Shown piece by piece: positions 11,989-27,300 of a DNA stretch of 64,000 bases. Origin of the DNA: Narcine bancroftii (Eukaryota); assembly GCF_036971445.1 (NCBI RefSeq), contig NC_091476.1, positions 24,738,001 through 24,802,000 of the forward strand. The letters run 5' to 3'. Each line of letters starts with the position of its first letter. Within the stretch, counting starts at the first letter, position 1. The notes below the pieces were generated by a model. That model was not told the DNA's origin. It ran no database searches and worked only from the letters and a program-made list of their open reading frames with translations. A program made the position numbers and the translations under genes.

Positions 11989-14839
11989 CAGGGCCGGTTT
12001 TAAGCCTATTTGACCAATTTGATCAAATTGGGCCCCACACCTCAAGGGGGCCCCGTGCACATGTTTGAGTCCAGGCCTTGAGTAGAGAACACTGTGAAGG
12101 ACTTCGTTTAAACTGGTAAGAAAATAATAATACTATAGGCCTTATAAACTGAAGGATTTGTCAGTGAACTTGTGAAGTTATTGCCCTTAATTGATCATAT
12201 TATCTCAGTGAAATATTTTTAGGAAATATGTCTTCGATTAAATTACTGGCTATAGGCCTTCTTTGTCTCCCTATCCAAAAATTTCATGTTTCATATTCAT
12301 TTCACCCAGTAAGATAGATGAATTCCTGAGCTGATGAAGCATCTCATTATTATCAAGATCAAAACAGGCTATAGGCTAATCAATGAGAACTTGTACTTTA
12401 ATATGAGATTGAGATAGCGTCATGCTAGCCTAGGGCCTAGGCTTAAGCAGTTAGCCTGAACGTAAAAAGCCTAGGCCTAAGCATAGAATTTCTGACAATG
12501 TTGGCAATCGTAGATGGAATTGGTGAGGATATTCGGGTCTTGTAAAGATGAATAACCCCAAAGGTAGGTTAGTTTAAGTTGATCTTTACTAGGCTAGGTC
12601 GCTGTGGGGGTTATAGCCTATATCTTCACGAGCTGGTTTACAAGGTTATTCAGCAATAGGGGTATGTACTGTACAGCTAGGGGTTATTCATCGTTACAAG
12701 ATCCAGATATTCTTAGCAAGGCTGCCTTTGTCATTGTTTCATAATTTTGCAGTGGTTTGATTTAGTATCAAAATAGTACTAGGCTACTGTTACTAACTAT
12801 GCTATTGCACTGCCAGGGCTTAATATAGCCTATTTCATGTTTTTGGTGATTTGGAACAGGTGCAGTTTAGCTTGACCATGTGGAAATTGTTTTCTTCGGG
12901 GGCGAATTTCATCCATTACACACGTCAGTTTTTCCACCGATTTTCTAGCCAAATATCTAGTGACAAACTAGTGCTAGACATTTGACTAGAAAATCAGCTA
13001 AATTAAAGTGCGTCCCCCCCCATTCTGGAATGCAACCTTAACTAACTAACCTAACCTAACTAACTTAACCGTAACTAAAAAAAGGCAATTCTTACCTTAT
13101 TTGAAGTTGTTGTCATTCAACAAATCCAGGATCGGTCGCTTGTTTTGCTGTTCGGTGGTGTTCACAAGTTAAGAGTTGGGTGCATTGTTCCAAGGTCAGC
13201 AGCTGACGTTGGAACAACGTAAAGCTAACGAGCAAAATGATGTGGGATTGACGTTGGTTTCTTAATGTTGTACTAACGATAATGACAACATTGTTCCACT
13301 GTTGGAACAACGTAGACATGTTATCAGGGATGTCAAGTCCAATTTTATAAAAAAATTGCTAACGTCAAGTTTTTTGTGTAATTTTAAGTCTAAACATTTT
13401 AAAATATACTTCTTTTACCTTAGCAGCTTAAAATTTGTATGTCATTTTACATGGCAAGCACAAGCAGAGATAGAGACAAAGGGCGTAATTATTTAAGCGG
13501 CAACCAGAAATGAGCACTGGCCAAGACTAAGGTAGCTGAAAATGAAAAACATAGAGGTGCTATCACAAAATTCCTTGTCACTCCATCTTTGAAGTGCCCA
13601 TGTATTGAGGATGAAGAAAACAAAAACAATTCAGAAAATGACAATACAGCTTTGAGTCCAATTACAGTTGATGAATACAATGATGAAATTGATAACAAGT
13701 TAGAAAAGGATGACGCAGCTGTGAATCAAATTGAAGAAGATCTCAATACACCAGAAGACAGTGCCAAAGCGGGAAGTCCACTTATAGCCTAAAAGGACCA
13801 AGCCCAAACATAACGCAATGATGGATCATCCATGAGTACAGTTGTAATTAACATTTATGATGACCCAACCAACTGGCCAGCAAATATAAATCAAAATGTA
13901 AGAGATTATTTAACAATGAAAGGTCCTCCTATTCCAGTGAACAACTTTCCACGAAATGAAAAGGGATTGTGTTTTTCAAAGTTTCACTGTAAGAGGAAAC
14001 TTCCAAATGGGGAGTGTGTTGAAAGACCTTGGATTATATACCCTGTCTGCTGATAGAATTTATTGCTTTTATTGTAAACCTTTTAGTAAGAACACAACCA
14101 GTGCATTATCAACAAGTGGATTCAACAAATGGTCTAATCTTCATACAAGGTTGTGTGAATATGAAAATTCTAAAAAAAACCCTTTGGAAGCCACATGGAG
14201 TTTCTGGGAGTTACACCAAAGACTTTGTAGTGGACAGACAATTGACAAAGAATTTGAAATAATCGTCAATGAACATGCAAAGCACTGTCAGCCAGTATTC
14301 AAAAGGCTAGTAGCAATAGCGCAGTTTCTTGCTGAGAGAAATCTAGCATTTAGAGGAACAGAAGAAAAAGTTGGTAATGAGAGTGTACACAATGGAAACT
14401 TTTTAGGTCTTGTTGAGCTGTTTGGAAAGTTTGACCCTGTTCTTGAAGAACATTTGAGAAAAGTCAAAACCCATGAAATTCATAATCACTATTTAGGAAA
14501 AGATACACAGAATGAACTACTAGACATTATGGCTACAGCTGTTTTGAATGAGATACTGAAACGCGTAAAAGCAGATAAGTACTACACCATAATTTTAGAC
14601 TCACACCTGTTAAGAGTCACCAAAAGCAAAAGTCTCTAACGATCAGGTATGTGTCTGATGGTAACTTGGCTCCTTCAGGTGCTTATGAACATTTCATAAA
14701 GTTTATGCAGGTTGAAAGTAGCACAGGAGAAGATTTATATAAAACATTATTAAACACACTGAAGGAATTAAATTTAGAGGTGAAAGACATTCGAGGCCAA
14801 GGCTATGACAACGGTAGCAACATGAAAGGTCACACATGA
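11989..14839 (+). mobile_element. hAT DNA transposon, 3'-truncated, with a ZMYM1-like/DUF4371 transposase pseudogene
   Basis: Begins with hAT-type TIR CAGGGCCGGTTTTAAG and GGGCCCC subterminal motifs, followed by the transposase remnants listed next. No 3' TIR found. Confidence 0.75.
13451..14839 (+). pseudogene. hAT transposase (TTF zinc finger plus DUF4371), disrupted by stops and frameshifts
   Basis: Motifs RPWI..., YCFYCKPF, GFNKW, FLAERNLAFRG, NGNFLGLVELFGKFDPVL, YYTIILD and IRGQGYDNGSNMKG are split over ORFs 13589, 13832, 13956 and 14651. Confidence 0.85.
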
Positions 14840-15941
14840 AATTTTTGGATAGGGAGACAAAGAAGGCCTGAATTCTTTTAAGCTCCTTGAGAGTTGGACT
14901 TAAATTCATTAAAACAAGAAAGGTTCATTCGTTTCTGCTCCTGGACTGCCTTGCAGCTGGTAGAATAGCTCCAGGGAGTCAGAAGCTGAGTTGCACACAG
15001 CAGGATACCCAATATGTGTAGGTTCTTCAGGTCAACTTTTCATAATTGCTTTGATTAAGTTTACATTTTCTATATCCACTTAAGAGAACAGAGGCTGGTG
15101 AAGTCTAGAGATCATGATATTAATCTTCCCAAGGATTGAATGGTGAAAATTGCAGTTCAATCAGAAGTGAATATCAGGCAAATAGTTTTCTATCACAAAT
15201 GGGTAAGAAAAGGAGATGTCCGTCACAGCATTGTAGCAGGCTCTAAGGCTGCCTTACAGCTCCAGTCACATAGGTTTTGATCTCCTTTGCTATCTGTGTG
15301 AAGTTTACATATTCTCCCTGTTACTTCCTGGGATTCCCCTAGTTCCTCTCAAGCCCCAAAGATATATTGGTTGGTAACTTAAATGGCTATTGTAAATTGC
15401 ACCTAGTATATGTGGGAGGTAGAAGAATCAGGGAGAGCTAATGGGCATTTGAAAGAGAACATTAGACTGAGCAGTGGAGGTGAAGTGTATGACCAACCTA
15501 TAGGAGTTGGATCAGGCAGGGTATTAGTGGCAATTGAAGGTGATGGTGGAGTGTTGGAAAGAGCAGCTGATCTATTGGAAGTCATTTGGTAGCAGATGGC
15601 AGGGAATTGATGGCAACGTGGCAGCTATTGGATGATAGATACTGCTGGGGTCAGGCAACATTGGTTGGGGTGGGAGTGACAATCAATAGGATGCAGTTGG
15701 GTTGCGCTAGGATTATAAGCAGAGTAGGAAAAGTGGTCATGAACTTGGAGAAGTGGATGGCCAAGGGAAAGCTAGCATGAGAAGGAGTTATTTAATTTGG
15801 AGGGCCCATTTGAAGCATATTTTCAGTACTAGTCAGGGGAAATAAACTGGGTTAGAATCATATTTAGTTGCATTTTATTTCCTAAATTGGTTTATATAGC
15901 ATTGATGTGTACCATTTTAGCATTTTATGGGTTTAATATGT

Positions 15942-16180
15942 TGTAATGCGCGTTGAAAGATCCAAAGACTTGTTGATCCAAACCCAGGCTTTTATTAACT
16001 AAAAGACTGGAGCATATCACAAGTAGGTCGACCAGTCCAGAATGACCTGGTCTGGCTAGGAGCAATCCTTTAAGACCTGCCAGTAGGTGTGGCTACACTC
16101 TCAGCTAATCACAGTCATCCTACACTACCATCTGTACATAGGTACATATACACATTGGTGATAGTATCTGTACTATCACA
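15942..16180 (-). mobile_element. Solo LTR, same family as 60537-60776
   Basis: TGT...ACA termini with perfect 5-bp TSD TATGT (15937-15941 and 16181-16185). TTTATT indicates a minus-strand poly(A) signal. Confidence 0.85.
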
Positions 16181-16429
16181 TATGTGCAATACCTCCGACT
16201 GTTAAATAATGAAACTTTTTTATTCAGCTATTGCTTATGTTGTGATACAATTCTATCGAGTCACCATAAAATCATTACTAGATCTGCTATTACTTAATAG
16301 CACATGCAACAAATATCACAGATGCAATATTTATAGCAAGATTATTTCCCCTAAAGAAGTGAGGAACTAAACAGGATGCAATATTTTCAAAACATGGCAT
16401 AGATTCTGCAAATCCAGAATGTTTGTCAA

Positions 16430-17310
16430 TGAAGATGATGAGTCCGCATTCAGAAGGGAGATTTAGAACTTGGCTGCATGATGTACTAAAAACAATCTCT
16501 CACTCATTTGTCACCAAGACTAAGGAGCTGATGGTAGACTTCAGGAAAGGAAAACCAAATCTGTTTGCTCCAGTGATTATTGGGGGATCTGAGGTGGAGA
16601 AATTGAGGAAAATTTAAAATCCTCGTAGTCACTACCTGGGAGGACCTTTTTTGGACCTAACGTACCAATATCATATTGAAGAAAACAAGCAAGCACCTCT
16701 ACTTGGGAGTTTGTGAAGGTTCAGTATGTCATTGGAAACCGTGACAAACTTCTAGAGATATGTAGAAGAAAGTGTGCTGACTGGCTCCATCACGGCCTGG
16801 TATGGGAATTACCAACACCTCTGAGCAGAAAGCCCTGCAAAAGGTAGTGGACACAGCTCTACATATCACCCGCAAAACTCTTCCCCCCCCCCCCCCCCAT
16901 TGAGCATATCTATGGACATTATCATTAGACAGCAGCAGCAATCATTAAAGATCAAACCTACACCACACTGGATATGGTCTGTTCTTGCTGTTGCCATCAG
17001 GAAAGAGGTATAAGTGCCACTAGCTCAGGAACAGATTCCATTCCTCATTCATCAGACTCTTAAACAGACTCAATCAGAGTCTCACTTAAGGATTCCTACT
17101 TTGCAATTTATTTATTACTGAATATTTTTTCTCTATTGCAGTTTGTTTACATTTTTCTTTATTTACATTTCTCTCTTTTGTATGTGTATCTTTTTCTTGA
17201 GTACTCTTTATAGTTACTGATAAGTATAAATTCTGCCTAGTCTGCAGAAAAAAATCTCAGAGTTGTGTGTGCTGTCATATATGTACTCAAATAATAAAGT
17301 TGAAATTTGA
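16430..17310 (+). mobile_element. Rex1-like LINE 3' fragment, same family as 8700-9915
   Basis: KTKELMVDFRKGK; shares GCAAAAGGTAGTGGACACAGC and 3' UTR sequence with the 9.1-9.9 kb copy. Confidence 0.7.
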
Positions 17311-17929
17311 AATGAGAATCCATCGTGAAAATGGAACTCTTCTATCAGACTAATGACCTGAATAAATCACCAGGAAGTTTGTTGCCATCTGACCATAGAA
17401 ACATTTTAGTGAAAGATTAGGAGTCTGCTGTGCCTGAATTACTGAAGACGTAAGGATTATTGGGAGTCTGAACTCTTGACAGACAGAACTGCCAACTCAC
17501 TAAGAAACCTATGAACGTTACTGGAAAAAATAAAATCCTGCACATCTTTCAGTCAGAATTAAAGTGGAGCACACTTCTGGCATGCCAAAATGAAGATAGT
17601 GTTATTTTGATATTCAAGTGCAATGCTTCTGGGGGAAAAAAAAGTTATATCAAGGGTCTTTTTTTAAAAAAAAAAATAGGCACCTTTCAGTACAAAGTAG
17701 AGGGAGAATGCAGCATGGTAACGAGAAAATCTATTCTGTATGGATCCAGAGGAGAAAAATGAATAGAAATAGAGGATGAGAAGTCTGACAGATTAGTGCA
17801 ACATTCAACAGTGGATAACCACTTCTTGTAATTTCCAAACTTGCCTGCTGTCTAAAGCATTATTGATGAGTACCACCACATGGTGTACCCTTCTGTGTAT
17901 TTCCATCTGTGCAACTCTCTTGTTTTTTT

Positions 17930-18150
17930 AAAAATTTCGGCCATTTCAGCCCACAAGTCCATGCTGCCTAATTACACCAAATTAATCTACAACCCCCAGT
18001 ACATTTCAAACAGTGGAGGAAACAGGAGTCCCTGAGGAAAACGACACAGACACGGGGAAAACATACAAGCTCCTTACAATGCAGTATTTAAACCTTGATC
18101 TCGATTGCTGGCATTGTAAAGGCATTGTGATAACCACCACACCAATGGTG
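17930..18150 (-). mobile_element. tRNA-derived SINE
   Basis: Same core as other copies (GGAGGAAAC.GGAG..CC.GAGGAAAAC.CAC.CAGACACGGGGA..AC.TACAA.CTCCTTACA). Confidence 0.65.
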
Positions 18151-19764
18151 GCACCCATCTTGTATCATCCTGACTTATTTAACAATTTTTTTAACAGAGA
18201 ATAATATCTGCACTGTTGAAAGATAAAGTGCCCTTAAATTTATTAACAGAAAATTACTTGCCAATGTATATCTGAATTCATACTTCCCCTTGTTGGAGAC
18301 ACATAAAGGATTCTTCCTCTTTCCAATCTAGTTTTCTCTCTAATGGAAGCAATGTGAGACTGAAAGTTATTTATTGAAGGCTCAAAGAGCAGAAATGGCA
18401 TTTTATTCCATGTTGGCCCTGTTTTAAAAGGAAATATTTTCAAGAAAGCAATAAGCGATCAGAAACTGCCAACTTTCTGCAGTTTGGCTGGGCTGGATTT
18501 ATTAGATGTGAAATCACTCAATTGTGTCCTTCCCTGTGCCCATGTGCAGGATAATGAGTGGTCATTTTTCAAAAAAAGCTAAAATGTCTCACTTTGAAAT
18601 TGGAATCTTTTAAATTAAGTACCTTGAGTACCTTATAGTTTACGATGAATTGGATTCAATTTCAAGTCAGAAATTTAGCACATCAGGAAAAATGTCCACT
18701 TGAATTTTCTGTCCTTGAGAGCTGACCAGCATGTAACCCTGAAGTGGACATGCAGATAAATCGTAAGAGAAATCAGAAGTTGGGCATTTGGCCTTTGGTG
18801 TCTGGTTTGCTCTTCCATAAGACCCCGTTGATCTTTACATCTCTGATCTGCTTTCATGTGAGAAATATATTTTGCTTGATTCCCTTCATATTCTTTAAAA
18901 AAATCTTTCTACCTCAGAATCTACTGAATGTGTGAAGATCCATGATGCATTACTGCACAGAAGAGTCAAGACCACTGTTCATTCTTGCTACACTCAAATT
19001 AAAAAAAAGATATTTTTCATTGATTAACCAAGTCTCCGCCATAACTAGGCTCAGTTGAGAAACAATCCTTACAAATGAGGAATGCATCAGCTTTAGGAGC
19101 GGATCACTATTCCTTGGCTGTGGTTGTTCTATCTTTCCCTGTGTGTTATTTTACTCTTGTCTGAGTATTTTATGTAAAATGATCTTCATGTATTAAGCAC
19201 CTAAAAAAATGTTTAAACATTCTGCGATTATCTATTTGGCAACAAATACCATAATGCCTCCTGAAGATCCTGCATGTCTTACATGAAATGACTATCTTTC
19301 ATAGTACACCATCTGATGTTAAGTTGATAAATGTATTGTTTGACTCAAATTTGTTGTTAATGTTCCTATCACTGAAGATTCAAACTGGTGGAAATCAGTC
19401 AGGAAGTTGGTGCTTCATCATAGCCTTAACTCTTTTAAATGTGGCTTTGTTGTCAGTTGTAAATGGGGTGAAAGCAATATGGAAACCACTCTCACTATTT
19501 CTCACCACAACAATACTGTATTCCACCCCCCCCCCCCCCACCCTACTGCCTTTCATTACAAGAGGAATAAAACCCACACTACAGCAACTTTCTTTAACAG
19601 TCTTTTAGGTAAATGGGTGAACCAATTGCCTACTAGGAACCTACTACAGTTCCATTCAATAGGATGAAAGTAGATCTGCTTTCTTACTCTTTTTGTTGAA
19701 TATTAATCAATTGCATACAGGATTTGTGGTAATATTAATCTGTCTCAGATTTAAAAATAACTTA

Positions 19765-20005
19765 GACATACAGTTCCGAAACAGGCCAATTTGGCCCTAA
19801 GAGTCTGTGCTGCCCAATTTACAGCCCATTAATCTACACCCTGGTATGTTTTTTGAAGGGTGGGTGGAAACAGGAGCCCATGGAGAAAACCCACACAGAC
19901 ACGGGAAGAACTTATTACAGACAGCGCGGGATTCTAAACCAGGTCTGGTAACGATCGCTGGCGCTGTAAAGGCATTGTGCAAACTGCTACACCAACCGTG
20001 CCACT
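19765..20005 (-). mobile_element. tRNA-derived SINE, near full length
   Basis: On the minus strand it starts with an A-box-like TGGCACGGTTGGTGTAGCAG and a B-box-like GGTTTAGAATCCC, then the SINE core. Confidence 0.75.
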
Positions 20006-20214
20006 CTGTTTTAAAATTCATAATTCCTACAGGAAATAATTTAATGTATTTAAATGAAGCCCATGAGCCCATGCTGTCAAATTGCATCCCTGGTATGTTT
20101 TTGAATGGTAGGAGAAACCAAAGCGCCTGGAGGAAACCCATATAGACACAGAACGTATAAACTCCTGAAAGACAGCGCGGATTCGAACCCCGGTCCTGTT
20201 TGCTGGTGCTGTAA

Positions 20215-20924
20215 TCTTCTCTTTGGCTTGGCTTCGCGGACGAAGATTTATGGAGGGGTAAATGTCCACGTCAGCTGCAGGCTCATTTGTGGTTGACAAG
20301 TCCGATGCGGGACAGGCAGACACGGTTGCAGCGGAAAATTGGTTGGTTGGGGTTGGGTGTTGGGTTTTTCCTCCTTTGTCTTTTGTCAGTGAGGTGGGCT
20401 CTACGGTCTTCTTCAAAGGAGGTTGCTGCCCGCCGAACTGTGAGGTGCCAAGATGCACGGTTTGAGGCGAGATCAGCCCACTGGCAGTGGTCAATGTGGC
20501 AGGCACCAAGAGATTTCTTTAGGCAGTCCTTGTACCTCTTCTTTGGTGCACCTCTGACACGATGGCCAGTGGAGAGCTCGCCATATAACACGATCTTGGG
20601 ACCTACCCAGCGCAGTTGGATCTTCAACAGCGTGGATTCGATGCTGTCGGCCTCTGCCATCTCGAGTACTTCGATGTTAGGGATGAAGTCGCTCCAATGA
20701 ATGTTGAGGATGAAGTGGAGACAACGCTGGTGGAAGCGTTCTAGGAGCCGTAGGTGATGCCGGTAGAGGACCCATGATTCGGAGCCGAACAGGAGTGTGG
20801 GTATGACAAAGGCTCTGTATACACTTATCTTTGTGAGGTTTTTCAGTTGGTTGTTTTTCCAGACTCTTTTGTGTAGTCTTCCAAAGGCGCTATTTGCCTT
20901 GGCGAGTCTGTTGTCTATCTCGTT
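20215..20924 (-). mobile_element. Young RTE-clade LINE 3' fragment inserted inside a second SINE (about 20060-20940)
   Basis: QLRWVG..PKIVLYGEL..G.R.RGAPKKRYKDCLK with a C-terminal C2H2-like motif and GCCAAGCCAAAGAAG tail. SINE sequence resumes on both sides. Confidence 0.85.
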
Positions 20925-23269
20925 TTGTGCTAACCATCATTCTAACTGTGTCACTTTAGTTGCTTTCATACACAAGTAAAGTGACTGACTCTCTATTTTG
21001 TCCTAGATCTTCAATTAGACGAAAAAAGCTTGTCCATTTCAGTCAAATTAACCTTCAATGTTCCAGTTTCACCAGTTATTAAGATGGTTCAGGTCATGTG
21101 ATAATAAATCTGCTCTGTACATCCTTCCTGCTCAAAGTACTTTTTGTGTGGGCTTTTTAGGAAAAATGACCTGGCTTTATTTCCTGCCACAGATCATTTC
21201 AATACATTTTATTTATTGTACACGTGAATATTTAAATGAGGAATTGTTCATGCAAATATAGTCAGTCTATCACAATCTCATTGTTCAAACATTTGCCCTG
21301 GAGAAGTCCATCTCAACATCTTTAGCTTCTGTTGTAGGGGTTATGTCGAATATTTTGCACCTACTTCCATATCAAATATATGGATGTTCCTAATAGCAGT
21401 TTAACAGTTTACTCCATGCCACCACGAGGGGGCACTACCTGATTAATTTGTTAAAATGTTTGTAAATGGTCTGATCATTTAATTAAATCCTCAAACCAGA
21501 GACTATTGAATAGAGTTTGAAAAGGCTTCAACTCAAGCTATTTATTAAAATTGATTCAATCCATAAAATTAGAAATCAATGTACCTTTGCACTGTATAGC
21601 ATTAAATTTCAAATTTGAGTTAACTTTGTTACTTTGGATGTGTTAGCTGAGAATTGAATGATATATTGGAGGAAATCTTGTATTCAGAAGTATAGCTTCA
21701 AGTGTCGTATTCTTGAATAGTTTCAAAAATGAATAAAGGCTTTCTGCCCAAAATGTTGACAATTCTTTTTCTCCCAGTGATGTTGCCTGACCTGCTGAAT
21801 TCCTCAGGCAGAGTGTTTTTTTTTTGTTTGTATGATTGTTAGCAAGATAATAATAATTATTTTTATCACAATAGTAGAATTGCTGTAATGGGAAGGATTG
21901 TCTAATTGATGAAATTAAAATCTCAAAAACTTCCTTCCACTTTCATAGAAGTTAAAATCTTCCATTAGGGTTAGCAAGAACAGGATACATATTTCAAATA
22001 GGAGGTTTGGTCACTGCAATAATATCTTATTCAAAGGTTATTTTATAATTCTCACTTTTGTTTACAGCTCTCTCCATGACCTGTCCGCTTTGAATTCTCT
22101 CCAAGCTTACATGCTTTCAAGATAGCACCAGCTCAAAATTGGCCTGTGGATTTTCTTTGAATTTAAACACCATGCCCCATCTGCTGGCACTTTGACAACT
22201 TCTTGCTCATTCTCACTGAGCTCCCTCTGTTTCAAATTTGATGTTTTACCAAAATTGTTTTTCCTTGTTAAATCACAGGCATTATCAATTTTCTCCGTTA
22301 ACTCTTCAAAAACTTGAATCAGGTTAGCTAAACCTGATTTGCCTTTGATAAATCTGAGAACACATAAACCTGAATCCATTAAGTTCACTGTCCACAGAAT
22401 TGAAACGCGAAACAAAACTGCAGTTGGTGAAAACCTGAATGAATAACGGAAAATGCTAGAAATACTCAGGTCACGCAAAATCTTTGGAGGGGAGAAGTAA
22501 GAGTTCATTCTATAAACCGAGCGAGTACGACGACTTGGGAAACCTCGGGTTACAGGTCCCTAACCCTTTCCATGATTTTTAAAACATCATCAAAATGTTT
22601 GGAATGGAAGTGCTACTGATAACATTGAAAACCTCAAAACGCCTACGTTTACTTCTTACCGTTTACTTCTCCCGTAGTTTTATATATTAATTGATACTTG
22701 GCGGTTAAATTGGTCAGGTATCAGTAACAAAACCAAATACTGCAGGGAAACAATGTCATCTATTTTCGAATCGGCATGACCCCTGTGACTGGTTGGGAGA
22801 TGTACTTTCCGGGCAGAAATGTACGGTTTGAAAGTTACGAAACATTAGAAAAGCGGAACCGAAATAAATGAGCAATACATTTCTGCAAATGTTACATCGT
22901 CCAACTTCAAAGTAAAACATTTAATCGAATGTCCACTTACTCAAAACTGACGAGAAACATAATTTAAGTGAATGTGTGAATTCAGTACAGTAAAATGCTG
23001 AGAGCTCAAGTATACTTAAAGTAGAAAAGTTGGAAACTTCTGATCGCGGAGCTAAAATTCTTATTGCTTCCTGAATGTCATTTCCAGCCTCCTCGATGGT
23101 CTGCAGTGGATTTGACTATTTTATTCCAAACCATGGTTTACTTAGAGTTGAACGAAGAGGATGCAGACATTTGCTGAACGGTTTGGGCCAAGATACGCTC
23201 GATTGCGTCGTGGCCATCAAGTGAGACCTCGCGGCGTTCAATGAAGATGGAACTGGCAAGTAAACATTG

Positions 23270-24330
<1,061 letters not shown>

Positions 24331-27300
24331 ACAGCCCATCACTAATCCCTAAGCGATTAGTCCCAAACCCTGCCCCACCACCCTAGAACAGAACCCTTGC
24401 TCCTCCAGCTTTCAAACTTGGTGTACCATTGCTGCCTCACCTGGTCTACCACGCTCTCCGATGCATTTGGATGGATATGTTTTTTTAAAAAAATGTCTTG
24501 TTGTTTTCATTTTAAATGCATCACGTTGTTTATTAAACTAGTGCACTTGGATCTTGACCAAGCCAAAAGTTGGGTTGTGCGTGCGTGTTTTTGGAGGTGG
24601 CGCATCTGGGTGTTGGCACACAGCCCAATGCCTTGAAGCAGCTAAATTAATCGCGTTTGACGTAAAGAATTGAAAGAGAATGAAGTAATTCCAGCGGTGA
24701 GAGTGTCCGAGAAAGTGATGCGGACGCAAACAGTGGGGACACATGAAGTTAATGGATATTTCAGGTGGGAGCAATTGAGGATGGACTGCAAACTGCTTTC
24801 TTTTCAAGAATTACTTAATGGGGAGGTTAATCCGCAATGGCGAGACACTTTCTGTTTACAACGACGGGGTGCCAAATAGTATTTTTTTAAAAAAAGGGTC
24901 TGTCTTTGTTTCGGACAGCGCGGTGCACGAAGTTCGACGAAATGCGGTTTGTATTTTAAAATAAATGTTGGCCAAACAACGCGTAGCCATTAACCACGAT
25001 AAACGAGTTCATAGTGAGATCATTGATGTCAACATTTGGGTAAGTCTGCAAAGGTTTCTGCAAAGACATTTTATGCAGGGGTTTCCAGGAAATGTTTCTT
25101 CTGATTATGTGATATGCCATTAAAAAAAATAAAGCTATTTTGTGATTAGTACAAATGTCAAAAGTCTTGACGGTTTAATTTGTACCTCGTTATTTAATTT
25201 TTTTGATGCGTGACTTTAAACTCTATTTTGGTAGCATATTTGCAAGGTTTAACAAACGGTTGGTGAGCAGTTTGTATGAAAGAGCATTCTGATTCACAAA
25301 TGTTTAATGCCGTGGATGCAGATCTTTCAATAGAACAAATGGGCTACGAGATGAAATAAATTATGAACACTTGCCCCATTGTTCTACTGGCAAGATACTT
25401 GCATGCCACAGTCCTTCAATTTAAACTTAAAAATTTCAATAAACTGGCATCAATATCCCACTTGATACAAAAGAAGTGCATTCACCACCTTCAAGAACGG
25501 TACTAACTGCAACTTAACATAAAGCTTATTTTTAATTCCCTTTGAAGCAGGACTTCATAGACTATCTCGGTGTTAGCTATTTGTCCATTCTTAATTGTGC
25601 AGTACTTTTGTAGTGGCAATTTAAATGAATGATCTTTTCGTGTGGATTGCAGCTTTTGATATGCACAAATGCATAGGTAAAGGAATAGAACACAAGCTTG
25701 AACTCAATAAAGCATGATGAATGGATTTGAGTAGATTCAGGTGCCCTTTTTTTAATTGAACAGAAGGGACCATTTGGGCCAGCACTGACATACCTACTTG
25801 TAAATCCAGTTTTATCCGGCCTTGATAATTGTTTGGAATCGTCTTGTTGAGCATCACTTCAGAGCACTAAAGGGTAAAATGGAAATTAAAAGTTGAAATA
25901 ATTAAAAATAACATTCTTCCAATCTCTATAAATATTTTAAGTCTTGCAGCAACTATTTTCATTATGGAGTTGCGACTTTATTGTTCATGCACATTTAAAT
26001 AAAAGGAGAGCACAGAATGAAGTTATTTGGGTCCATGTGTTAAAGAGAGATAATCTTTAACCGGCTCTGCTGTATTCTAATATCCCTAAACATCCTTGTA
26101 CTTTTATATTGTTGTTTAGAAAAAGTCAATAATGTGAATGTTAAGAATTTCATATTGATTATTTAAGTATAACTTTTTTTATCTTTCAAATAAAGTTTTT
26201 TTTTAATGGAAGTACAAGATGTGCCTCCTTCTTCGGAACTGGTAGGTTCATCAGGCCCTGCACTGGTATACTGCATTAGATACAGCTAAAAAAAATCTTT
26301 ATTTACTGTCAAGCATGTCCTGGTTTTCTCTGATTAGGTTCATTCAACTTTTGGAGTCAGATGGGTGTCACCAATCAACTCAGCAGAGCAGGTAAGCAAA
26401 TTCAGTTGAAACAAAGCTGTCTGTTGTATGTTGATGAACTTGGGGTGTTTATTGTGTTAAATAATTAACATTAAATCTTTCTAGATCCTTATAACAGGAA
26501 CTTGTTTCACTCAAATTTTACCTTTTCCATATGACTTTTAAAAAGTCATTCGTAATGAATATTGAATTACTTGTTGTGGCTTCTTTCCTGTTGACCCAGC
26601 ATGAAAATTGGGAAAAATAAAGCTCATTAAATTGCCTATGTTTATTCTAAATTTAAACTTAAAGCTTGAAATGCTCAGTAGGTCAGGCTGCATTTGTGGA
26701 AACAGAAATTGTTACTACTTTAACAGAACTGGGATATGTTAGAGATAAATAAGATGGAAGAAGAGAAAAATGTTGTGGCTGAAGTCCTCCTAATTCAAAA
26801 TATGGATAACTGGCACTTGTAAGATCTTGTACAATGTAGTACCAACGTATGGATGGAACATCAAAAGTCATATGTCAGCAACCTTTTTGATTTATCTTGA
26901 ATTGTTGGTTCATCTGATTGTTCAACTTGTCAAGAGAAAATTATTGTGTAGGGGAATGAGGAAATAATGAAACCCATTGTGGCTTTGCTGTCATGTCCAT
27001 ATTTCTTCCTCCATCACTAAATGATGTCAACATTAGCTCTTGTTTTTTTTAATTATCATCTGCCTAGGTACTACCATTTCTTGGGGCAGTTATGGTGAGG
27101 GGAAAACCTGTTGACCATTCAGAAGTGGGGACTCTAGATTAAAGCCCTTGTTGCAAGTCATATTTTCTTCCAGTCCGAGCCAATAAACTTGGCTGTTGAA
27201 GAACTGGTCTTGATCAAGATTAGAACTAAAATATATTCTGAACTCTGCATTACAAGGTAACCTAAAGACACATTTGCATGGCTTCATAGCCCTTTTGATG

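Noticed and set aside
13451-14839. Domesticated ZMYM-like host gene
   Set aside because: Multiple stops and frameshifts, 3' truncation and an adjacent TIR indicate a dead transposon.
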